Shown here piece by piece: positions 17,718-24,740 of a stretch of DNA of 32,000 nucleotides. Both the position numbers and the translations under genes were made by a program. The notes under the pieces were generated by a model. That model was not told the DNA's origin and searched no databases. It saw only the letters and a program-made list of their open reading frames with translations. The DNA is from Pseudomonas sp. GCEP-101 (lineage in GTDB: Bacteria > Pseudomonadota > Gammaproteobacteria > Pseudomonadales > Pseudomonadaceae): positions 3,138,965-3,170,964 of the forward strand of contig NZ_CP104011.1 of assembly GCF_025133575.1 (NCBI RefSeq), read 5' to 3'. Every line of letters starts with the position of its first letter. Position 1 is the first letter of the stretch.

Positions 17718-18772
17718 TATGGCATTACCTCCGGATTAGACACGTCGAAAGTTATAAATCTTCTGCTAGATCCTGTGCCGAATGTCAGGACGCAGCAGTG
17801 AGGCAGAGCTTCACCATTTGCGATATTTCTATTGTTGGCGGTGACTTGTCCGGATTGGGATTTGACTATGAATTGATAGCCGTCATAGTTAATACTTATT
17901 TCCCCGAGTGATGCGATTTTTACGTTGACGTTAGTCGAGTCTTTATTCAGTTCGTACGTGGCTCCGTTTGCAACTAACAGTGCTCGATGCTTATTGTGAA
18001 GCAAGTGACGATTTAGAGTTTTCTCTATTTCGCTAATGTGGGGGCGCTTTTGTGTGTCATGGCTGAGGCAATCTTCAAGTAAACCTATAATGTCGGAAGG
18101 TATTCCTTTGAGATATTCATTCAGCTCTCCCGGTTCTATTTTTCCCGGCGGGTAAGCTGTGAGCGTTGCCGGGATTCGCTTATCCTTTTTCAGCGCAAGC
18201 GCGGTTATTGCGAAGGCGTATACATCAATCGAGTTATCGAAGCTGACATCACTCTTTTTCCACAATTCCGGAGCCATAAAAATAGGGGTGCCAATGGCGT
18301 TAACTGTAGCTGCGTCCTCGCCATGCCTCCGGGAAAGTCCGAAGTCGAGAATCTTCAGATTTCCACTGGAGTCAATTTTTATGTTGGAAGGTTTGATGTC
18401 TCGGTGGATAATTCCCGAAGCATGTATGGCTGAGAGTCCGCAAGCTATTTGCCAAAGTGTTTTCAAATATTCATTGTCTAAGCTTTGGCAGCCGGGTGTG
18501 AGAGTGTCTCCATCGATAAATTCTAGAATTAGTGCCTGGTTTGTGTTTCCGTCTTCTTTTATCTCAATTATGTCGTAAAGCTGAACAACGTGCCTTGAGC
18601 GAATTTGAAGAAGGGCTTTTTGCTCATCTAGCAGTCGACGGGCCTCTTCGCCCTTTTTTAGGACTTTGAGGATGACTTCTCTGTTGAGGTGGGTGTCGGT
18701 GCATTTATATATTTCACCCATTCCGCCGGCAGTCAAAGGGGCGGATAGTTCATATCTACTTGGAAGAATCAT
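17717..18772 (-). CDS. Hanks-type Ser/Thr protein kinase with a C-terminal FHA-like tail
   Basis: Motifs GGMGEIYK, VILK, HRDIKPSN, DFG and FMAPE. ATG 18772, preceded by aagga at 8 nt, is preferred over GTG 18778. Overlaps the PP2C 3' end by 17 nt. Confidence 0.9.
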   Translation of the reverse strand: MILPSRYELSAPLTAGGMGEIYKCTDTHLNREVILKVLKKGEEARRLLDEQKALLQIRSRHVVQLYDIIEIKEDGNTNQALILEFIDGDTLTPGCQSLDNEYLKTLWQIACGLSAIHASGIIHRDIKPSNIKIDSSGNLKILDFGLSRRHGEDAATVNAIGTPIFMAPELWKKSDVSFDNSIDVYAFAITALALKKDKRIPATLTAYPPGKIEPGELNEYLKGIPSDIIGLLEDCLSHDTQKRPHISEIEKTLNRHLLHNKHRALLVANGATYELNKDSTNVNVKIASLGEISINYDGYQFIVKSQSGQVTANNRNIANGEALPHCCVLTFGTGSSRRFITFDVSNPEVMP

Positions 18773-19880
18773 CAGCACTATCCTTATGCTCTATATCCAT
18801 TTCAATTACGATTTGAAGATCTTCATCTTTTGGTGCTTCAACTTTTGGAAGCTTTGTCTTCTTTTTTGCCTTGCTTTTTCTGTTCTTGTTTGGGCTAGGT
18901 CTTTGGTCGTTGTCAGGCGGAGTTTTAGCTTCCGGTTCGTTACCAATTTCGACTGGCAATGCTGGCGTAGAGCTAGGCGCCGGTGGTTGTCTTTCTATAG
19001 GACGGAGTTCATTTGGTGAATGATTTCTCACCTCATCTTTGATCCAAGCAATGTGAAGTTCACTGAATGGGTCAAGGATTTGAATGGAGGATTCATCTTT
19101 TGTGATGAGTTCTTTTGCATCTTGTAGAGAAACGACTGCGCCAGAAGCATTGTCAGGAGCACCTAGCCAGCGAGCGAGAGTCCCCAGTCGCTGAGCAGCT
19201 TGATAGATATCCGCAGAGTTTATGAAGATTGAAGAAAACATGCTCTCTTCAGGGAAATGAATGCCATCAGTCGTCAAGAGGAAGCGGTTATAGGTGTTAT
19301 TAATGAAGCTAATGTGAGGCCGTATTCCTGGGCCCATTCCCATGAACTGAAGTAGCTCTCGGCCATGACCACCTACTGCTTCTGCTAAAGAATCATCTGT
19401 CGTCAGTCTGCGTAGTTGTCTAGGTGACTCAATCGTCTCGGCATAAATTCGGCTATCTCCGACATTAACCGAAAATGTTCCATGTTTTTCTGTTATTAGT
19501 AATGCTGAAAGAGTTGCGCCGCCGGCTCCACCGGAAAAATCGTAAACACAGTCGTTAGAGTCTATGGTCGACTGCCGCAACCTTTCCATTTCTGGGCGGT
19601 GCCGGTATTTTATTAGCGAATTGAAGAAGGAGGCTATTGCTCTAGTAGCACACTCTGCTCCATCCTTCATTCCACCCATTCCATCCGAAATGGCAATCGC
19701 TAAAAAGCCACCGTCATTTTTTTCGTTCCCGCTAACTTTTAAGCAGGCAACGCGGTCTTGGTTCTGTGATCTCTTTAAACCAATGTCCGTAAATAGTGCG
19801 ATGTTTTTTCTTGCTGTCAGTCCACTGCTCTTGTCCGGGACATCTCTAGACAGCCACTTAATTAATGTACTATTCAACAT
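18756..19880 (-). CDS. PP2C-family Ser/Thr phosphatase with a Lys-rich disordered tail
   Basis: Motifs RSQNQDR, SDGMGGMKDG, VGDSRIY and LLTTDG (metal-binding Asp residues). The C-terminal 90 aa are low complexity (KNRKSKAKKKTKLPK). No SD precedes its ATG. Confidence 0.9.
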   Translation of the reverse strand: MLNSTLIKWLSRDVPDKSSGLTARKNIALFTDIGLKRSQNQDRVACLKVSGNEKNDGGFLAIAISDGMGGMKDGAECATRAIASFFNSLIKYRHRPEMERLRQSTIDSNDCVYDFSGGAGGATLSALLITEKHGTFSVNVGDSRIYAETIESPRQLRRLTTDDSLAEAVGGHGRELLQFMGMGPGIRPHISFINNTYNRFLLTTDGIHFPEESMFSSIFINSADIYQAAQRLGTLARWLGAPDNASGAVVSLQDAKELITKDESSIQILDPFSELHIAWIKDEVRNHSPNELRPIERQPPAPSSTPALPVEIGNEPEAKTPPDNDQRPSPNKNRKSKAKKKTKLPKVEAPKDEDLQIVIEMDIEHKDSADDSSK

Positions 19881-19881
19881 A

Positions 19882-19977
19882 TCAATGGCTTCGATGAAAG
19901 TGGGCGAAATTTAGATGGTCGTGCTGAGTTAAGCAGAGGGGCAAAGGGTTTTTAAGTGATTCGTGGTAGCTAGGCAT
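19882..19977 (-). CDS. Candidate 31-aa His-rich upstream ORF translationally coupled to the PP2C gene
   Basis: Not in the supplied track. aaggag lies 9 nt before ATG 19977. Translation: MPSYHESLKNPLPLCLTQHDHLNFAHFHRSH. The TGA stop ends 1 nt before the PP2C ATG. Confidence 0.35.
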   Translation of the reverse strand: MPSYHESLKNPLPLCLTQHDHLNFAHFHRSH

Positions 19978-20046
19978 TTAATTACACTCCTTGTGCTTAA
20001 TTCCCTTTTTTGACGTACCAACGCAGTGCCACTGTCCGTGTTAGCT

Positions 20047-20316
20047 CTATCCCGCGCCGGGTACGGCTAATTTGGCATCTGCTTCCTCGTAGCCAGGGGC
20101 TATCTGACCTCGAGCCGGATCTACGTCACCTTTCAGAAGCCATAGCTCGTATTGAGGAAACACTCGTAACAGCTCTTCCAAGTCTTCTATGCGGGCTTTG
20201 ACCTTGCGGTTAGTCGCGACGGTCTGCCAGCGCTGTCGCTCTGTAATAGCGGTGGTTTCGGCCAGTTTTGTCGCACCGATAAACCTTACAAGGGTTCTAA
20301 CCCGCTCTTCTATCAT
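20047..20316 (-). CDS. Pf repressor C-like immunity protein (Pf4r-like)
   Basis: 89-aa protein divergent from the excisionase-like gene across an AT-rich operator region. This is the position and size of Pf4r in Pf4. The call rests on synteny more than on motifs. Confidence 0.65.
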   Translation of the reverse strand: MIEERVRTLVRFIGATKLAETTAITERQRWQTVATNRKVKARIEDLEELLRVFPQYELWLLKGDVDPARGQIAPGYEEADAKLAVPGAG

Positions 20317-20421
20317 TCCAAAACGCTCTAAGAGATAATAAATAATTTATTGATGAATTATTTATCAGTGCTAGGATTGGCCTGTGATAAATAATTTATT
20401 AGAGCTTCTCGTCCTAATGGA
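20317..20421. promoter_or_regulatory. Divergent immunity/excision control region with three ATAAATAATT operator-like sites
   Basis: 14-bp direct repeat ataaataatttatt at 20338..20351 and 20387..20400. Perfect 12-bp inverted repeat aattatttatca (20356..20367) / tgataaataatt (20385..20396). Confidence 0.6.
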
Positions 20422-20658
20422 ATGAATAGTGACGGAACGAGCATGGAACTGGAAGAGCTGTCTCCCAATGCCCTGGTAGGGCCGCAACAGGACGTAGAGC
20501 CCATCGAGAAGTGGGCGGAACGCAACGGCGTCACCTTCGGCACGGCCCGCGCTTGGGTGTACCGGGGCGTCCTGCCCTCGGTGAAGCTCGGCAAGCTTCG
20601 CATGGTGAATAGCGCGCTGCTTCGTACGTGGCTGCTGGAACAGGAGTGGACGGCATGA
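20422..20658 (+). CDS. Excisionase / MerR-like HTH DNA-binding protein (XisF-like)
   Basis: The pattern IEKWAERNGVTFGTARAWVYRGVLPSVKLGKLRMV matches the excisionase-type winged HTH. Divergent from the repressor, as in Pf4. The start could be 20422 or 20443. Confidence 0.7.
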   Translation: MNSDGTSMELEELSPNALVGPQQDVEPIEKWAERNGVTFGTARAWVYRGVLPSVKLGKLRMVNSALLRTWLLEQEWTA

Positions 20659-21305
20659 AGGCTGAGATTCGTGCCGAGTTTCTGCGGACGCTGACTCTTT
20701 TTTGCTGCTCTGATTTGCAGCTCGGCACTTGGGCGCGGGATCACAACGCCAGTTGCTATGGCCGTCTGCTGGGATTTATCGACGCTCTCGAAATGGCTGG
20801 GGAGATCGGATACGACGAGTTCTCCCGCATGGAAGCCCTCGTTTTTAACGTGATCGGATACAGCGGCCGTCCATTCCCCAGCGCTCTCAATGCTGGTCCT
20901 GTGATGCCGTCTTGGGAGGCGTTCAAACGCTGCCAGAAAGCAGGGGAGGCGATAGCTGATGATTCCCTCGAACCGCCCGCACCAACCGCACGCCCCGGAC
21001 TGCGACTGCTCTGTCTGTTGGTCCCGTCGCGAACTGGCGAAGCCCGTAGTCTTCCAGTCCACACCCTGCACCGAGTGCCGCCCTACGCGAGTCTTCACGG
21101 TCGTTACCACGATGGCGCTGGTCGCGGGAGTGTGGCGCTCGATCCACTCGACGTACCGGGTGGAACCGGGTTTTACCTGCGCGAAACACATGCCCGCGCT
21201 CCGTCCGCCGAAGTACTGGCACGTTGTGTACGACAGCGGCAAACCGACTCCCTTCGTGCCGATCCGCGAGCCCTTCGAGTTGGAGGCCTGAGCCATGCAC
21301 ACTGA
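20655..21305 (+). CDS. Pf hypothetical protein; 3' boundary uncertain
   Basis: ATGA overlap with the xis stop. The first 100 codons read like a real helical protein (MKAEIRAEFLRTLTLF...). After about 20960 the alternative frame has much better GC3, so the true end is unclear. Confidence 0.35.
   Translation: MKAEIRAEFLRTLTLFCCSDLQLGTWARDHNASCYGRLLGFIDALEMAGEIGYDEFSRMEALVFNVIGYSGRPFPSALNAGPVMPSWEAFKRCQKAGEAIADDSLEPPAPTARPGLRLLCLLVPSRTGEARSLPVHTLHRVPPYASLHGRYHDGAGRGSVALDPLDVPGGTGFYLRETHARAPSAEVLARCVRQRQTDSLRADPRALRVGGLSHAH
20959..21291 (+). CDS. Pf hypothetical Cys-rich protein (possible zinc ribbon: CDCSVC ... CTEC)
   Basis: Strong GC third-position bias by eye (roughly 85%). It runs in the +1 frame relative to 20655. 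Confidence 0.55.
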   Translation: MIPSNRPHQPHAPDCDCSVCWSRRELAKPVVFQSTPCTECRPTRVFTVVTTMALVAGVWRSIHSTYRVEPGFTCAKHMPALRPPKYWHVVYDSGKPTPFVPIREPFELEA

Positions 21306-21522
21306 CGCCGCCTTTAGCCTTACCTTGCTGTTCGCTCTCCTCACCTGTGTGGGCTTTCCGCTGATGTGCGTGGCCCACGAAATTTCGAAGTGGGCCGACC
21401 GCAACAACTGCACTCAGGCCAAACCGGTCCAGGGCCGCCGCACCGGCTTGTCCGAACGCGCTTTTCCGTTCGGACAAACGGAGCGCCGGGCGAAGCGCAC
21501 CCTTGACCGTCCCCCGCCCTGA
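21295..21522 (+). CDS. Pf hypothetical small membrane protein
   Basis: ATG lies 4 nt after the previous stop. Contains an N-terminal hydrophobic helix FSLTLLFALLTCVGFPLMCV. GC3 bias is good. Confidence 0.45.
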   Translation: MHTDAAFSLTLLFALLTCVGFPLMCVAHEISKWADRNNCTQAKPVQGRRTGLSERAFPFGQTERRAKRTLDRPPP

Positions 21523-21745
21523 ATAGCCTCCGCTCGGGAGTAAGGGGCAGCACCACCGCCCCGCGCTCCTGAGCCCTCGGCGGCGAGAGCGGGATGACAA
21601 GGGCAGCGCCCTTGGTGTTTCCAATCTCGCCACCCGCACCCAAGCAAAACCCAGGCACCACCACACCCGCTGAAAGACGGCCACCAACGCGCCCAATTTG
21701 CAGCAGCGGGCCAACTCATGCCCAAAAAAGGCAAAGGAGCTTCAG

Positions 21746-22159
21746 ATGAACATGTTTGCAACCACCGGCGGAATCGTTGAACTGTGGGTCACCCAGACCG
21801 ACACCTTCACCTCCAAAACCTCCGGCGAAATCTTCGCCAGTGTCCAGGCGATTTCGCCGATACCCGAAGGCGCACGTGGCAATGCCCGTGGCTTCGAAAT
21901 CACCCAGTACGACATCGAGCCGACCCTGCTCGACGGCATCGTCTTCGAAGGCTCCCCGGTGCTGTGCAAGTTCGCCACCGTGGTCCGCCCGACCAAAGAC
22001 CGCTTCGGCAACACCAAGAACACCCAGGTGCTGACCGAACTGCTCGCCACCGGCAAAGACGCTGCCGCGCCGGCTCCCGCCCGCCCGGCTGCTCCCCAGC
22101 AAACCCAGCGCCCCTCCCAGCCCGCCGCCGAGAAACCCGGCGACTCGGCCAAGAGCTAA
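21746..22159 (+). CDS. Pf ssDNA-binding protein (gene 5 protein homolog)
   Basis: SD aaaggag. MNMFATTGGIVELWVTQTDTFTSKTSGEIFASVQAISPIPEGARGNARGFEI closely matches the Pf1 gene 5 protein as I recall it. It has a Pro/Ala/Gln-rich tail. Confidence 0.9.
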   Translation: MNMFATTGGIVELWVTQTDTFTSKTSGEIFASVQAISPIPEGARGNARGFEITQYDIEPTLLDGIVFEGSPVLCKFATVVRPTKDRFGNTKNTQVLTELLATGKDAAAPAPARPAAPQQTQRPSQPAAEKPGDSAKS

Positions 22160-22174
22160 TTCGGGAGCGCTGCC

Positions 22175-22261
22175 ATGACTAAGTACCTCTCCCTGTTCGC
22201 TGTGGGCCTTGCCACTGGCTACCTGTGGGGCTGGGTCGATGGCGTGGCGCGCTTCCTATGA
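22175..22261 (+). CDS. pfsE: PfsE-like 28-aa superinfection-exclusion peptide
   Basis: Not in the track. SD gggag lies 8 nt upstream. [28 protein letters not shown] carries the aromatic Y-x-WGW motif of Pf4 PfsE (PA0721). Same position as Pf1 ORF30. Confidence 0.7.
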   Translation: MTKYLSLFAVGLATGYLWGWVDGVARFL

Positions 22262-22470
22262 ATTTCCTCGCCTGTGACGGCAGCTGGGCGGTCAGCGCCG
22301 ATGGTTCCGCCATCTGCACCGGCACCCTGCACGTAGTCACCAGCGAGGAAATGCAGAGCGAGTTCGGCTCTGCACTCACCTGGGATCAGGTCGCGGAACT
22401 GCGTGGCGAAGTCCTCACGCTGTTCTGCATCGCCTTCGGCTTCCTGGTCCTGAAACGACTGCTCAAGTAG
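22258..22470 (+). CDS. Pf conserved hypothetical protein (Pf1 ORF71 / PA0722 position)
   Basis: ATGA overlap with the pfsE stop. 70 aa with a C-terminal TM helix [13 protein letters not shown]. Confidence 0.65.
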   Translation: MNFLACDGSWAVSADGSAICTGTLHVVTSEEMQSEFGSALTWDQVAELRGEVLTLFCIAFGFLVLKRLLK

Positions 22471-22483
22471 CGAGGTAGTACCC

Positions 22484-22726
22484 ATGAAACAGCTCAAGAC
22501 CCACCTGCAGAACCGCGCCGCCGGCTACGGCCGTCGCGCCCGCCAAGCCGTGGTTGGCATCGCCGCTGTCGGCTCCACCCTGGCGGCCACCGCCTATGCC
22601 GCTGTCCCGGCAGAAGCCACCGGCGCCCTGACCACTGCCGGCGACGACACCAACACCATCGGTTGGGCCGTCTTCGCCGTGCTGGTTGCCGCCGCGGCGT
22701 TCAAGTACATGCGCCGCGCCCTGTAA
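22484..22726 (+). CDS. coaB: Major coat protein (g8p, CoaB)
   Basis: SD gaggtag. Signal peptide ending AYA, then an acidic N-terminus, a hydrophobic core (IGWAVFAVLVAAAAF) and a basic C-terminus (KYMRRAL). This is the classic inovirus g8p layout. Confidence 0.85.
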   Translation: MKQLKTHLQNRAAGYGRRARQAVVGIAAVGSTLAATAYAAVPAEATGALTTAGDDTNTIGWAVFAVLVAAAAFKYMRRAL

Positions 22727-22754
22727 GCCCACCCGGCCTAACAGCCGAAGCACC

Positions 22755-22784
22755 GAACCCCGCTCCGGCGGGGTTCTTTCTTCT
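22755..22784 (+). terminator. Terminator/attenuator immediately after the major coat gene
   Basis: 9-bp stem gaaccccgc/gcggggttc, loop tccg, then tttcttct. Its position is analogous to the post-gVIII terminator of Ff phages. Confidence 0.7.
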
Positions 22785-22796
22785 GGAGTCCGAACA

Positions 22797-22868
22797 ATGT
22801 CCGTTCAATGGTTCGTCCTCATCGTCTCCACCGTGGCCTTCGCCGTGGTCCTGTTCGGGCGGGTCTGA
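22797..22868 (+). CDS. 23-aa hydrophobic peptide (g7p/g9p-like virion cap candidate)
   Basis: SD ggag lies 8 nt upstream. MSVQWFVLIVSTVAFAVVLFGRV. The stop is 2 nt before the next ATG. Confidence 0.5.
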   Translation: MSVQWFVLIVSTVAFAVVLFGRV

Positions 22869-22870
22869 CC

Positions 22871-24402
22871 ATGGGCCGTTTCCTGATCCTGCTGCTTGCC
22901 GCCCTGGTCGCCACGCCGACGATTGCCACCGAGCGAGTGAAGGTAGATCCCTTCATCAAGGCCGGCCCGGGCTACAGCGCCGCCAATGGCTCGATCACAG
23001 GCTACGTGCCCTCCAAGTCCAACGCCGATCTTCTGCTCGAAGCCGAGCGCAAAGGTTGGATGGGGTCTGGCACGGCGAAGACGCCTGTGACCATCAAGCC
23101 CAAGGTTACTGTTCCCGTCGGTGGGCTCTCTTCCAGGTTGAAAGCTGGCCTGAAGACAAATGCTGGTCAGCTTGTTCTTGGGGCGGCTGTTTCCGGCGCT
23201 GTCGCCGCTGTGGGCTGGGTCATGTCGGACGACAACACCAAGATTCAGAAAAAAGAGGTAATGCCTGTCGATACGGTCGCCGACAAGAACCAGTATCAAT
23301 GGCTGGTCCTTCTGGAACTAATGGCACCGCTGGCACCTTTCCATCTCCGCAAGCGTATTGCGCGTATCGCGATACCGTAATTAATTACAACCAGAACGGT
23401 CCGGATAAGGTTGTCGTTACAAAGGTCAACGACACCCACTACACCTGTGCGGTTCTCGGCGCTCAGTTCGGTGGTGTAACCACAGACGTCTGGCGTACTG
23501 GCACTACTTGTTATGGCGGCACCGCATACAGCGGCACTCTTGCTGCCTGTGCCACGACTACCAAGGCCGATCTTTCACCAACTGATTGGGACGCCGTTGA
23601 TCCATGGGTTGCTGCCCAGTCCGCCACGTGGCTTAAGGGGCTTCTGAGCGAGGTTTGCGGCGGTACGTATGGCGGTGTCAATCCTCAGTCCTGTTACGAC
23701 GGTCTTCAGAAACAGAGTGCCGCCATCATTTCTGGGCCGACCTCCGTCCAGGGGCCGAAGCAAACCACCACCGGCACTTACAACCGGCCGGACGGCACCC
23801 TCGGCAACACCTCCACGACAACCAACACCACCTACAACATCCGCTACGGCGATACGTACTTCGACTACGACACCGTCACCACCACGACAACCTATCAGGA
23901 CGGCCAAAAGACCGGCGAGCAAACCACCTCCGATGAAGGTGAGCCGCAGGAAAAGCCCGAGGACGAAAAGGACAAGGAGGAAGAGGAAAAGCCCGAACGC
24001 CTCGCCTCTGGCGAACCTTGCGATGTGCCGCTGTCCTGCTCGGGCGACGCCATCGACTGCGCAGTGCTGACCCAGGAAAAAGCCCTGCGCTGTGCCTACG
24101 AAAAGCAGAGTGACTACGAGAAGCACGAGGCCGACATTAAGGCCGCCGTCACCGGTGCCAAGTTCGAAATGGACGACAGCACCGAGATTCAAATCCCGTC
24201 CTTCATCAACCAGGGCACGCGCTTTCTCCCGGCGTCCTGCCCGGCTGACAAGACCTTCTCCCTCAGAACCAACGGCGGCCGCACCTTCGCCGTGACCTAT
24301 GAGCCGCTGTGCGCGGCTGCCACTGACCTTGGCTACCTGATCGTCATTGCGGTCGGGGCTTTCTGCGTCCTCTACGTCGGACGCTCCCTCGGAGGTGAAT
24401 GA
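22871..24402 (+). pseudogene. g3p-like minor coat / receptor-binding protein (CoaA-like) split across two frames
   Basis: The signal peptide MGRFLILLLAALVATPTIA is in the frame of 22871..23380. The Thr/Gly-rich linker, acidic linker and C-terminal membrane anchor (LIVIAVGAFCVLYVG) are in the -1 frame, which ends at 24402. That second frame has no signal peptide or SD of its own (first ATG at 23299). Confidence 0.6.
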
Positions 24403-24728
24403 TGCAATACGCCTTTATCGTCCAGATGCTACTGATCATCGCCGTCCCCATCGTGAAGATGGTCCTGCGCGCCATCGGCTTCGCGGTCGTCAGCTACGTC
24501 GGCTTCAACCTGCTGATCGACATGGCCCGTAGTTACCTGATGTCGCAGATGGGCAATGTCGCCGTGCCGATCCAGCAGATCCTCGGCCTCGCGAAGATTG
24601 ATGTGGCCATCAACATGTACCTCGCGGCCGTCACCACTCGTGCGCTCATGGCGGGCTGGCTCAAGGCACAGGACCGTCTCCGTCGGCAGGTGTGGAACCC
24701 GCCGGGCCGCGACTACATCGACGCCTAA
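24399..24728 (+). CDS. g6p-like minor coat protein (DUF2523-like)
   Basis: Overlaps the g3p stop (ATGATG). The start is probably 24402 on SD spacing. Contains two or three TM helices. Position matches Pf4 PA0725. Confidence 0.7.
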   Translation: MMQYAFIVQMLLIIAVPIVKMVLRAIGFAVVSYVGFNLLIDMARSYLMSQMGNVAVPIQQILGLAKIDVAINMYLAAVTTRALMAGWLKAQDRLRRQVWNPPGRDYIDA

Positions 24729-24740
24729 GGGGGACCGGTC

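Noticed and set aside
20358-21761. 351-aa, 263-aa and other minus-strand ORFs across the Pf early region
   Set aside because: They are antisense to the syntenic Pf genes and cross the AT-rich operator region. They are rich in Arg/Ser/Ala with no motifs, and all known Pf structural and replication genes are on one strand.
22663-23298. N-terminal 212 codons of the 579-aa ORF 22663..24402
   Set aside because: This part overlaps coaB, its terminator and the small-peptide ORF. It translates to an Arg/Cys/Gly-rich shadow. Only the portion from about 23250 onward looks like g3p.
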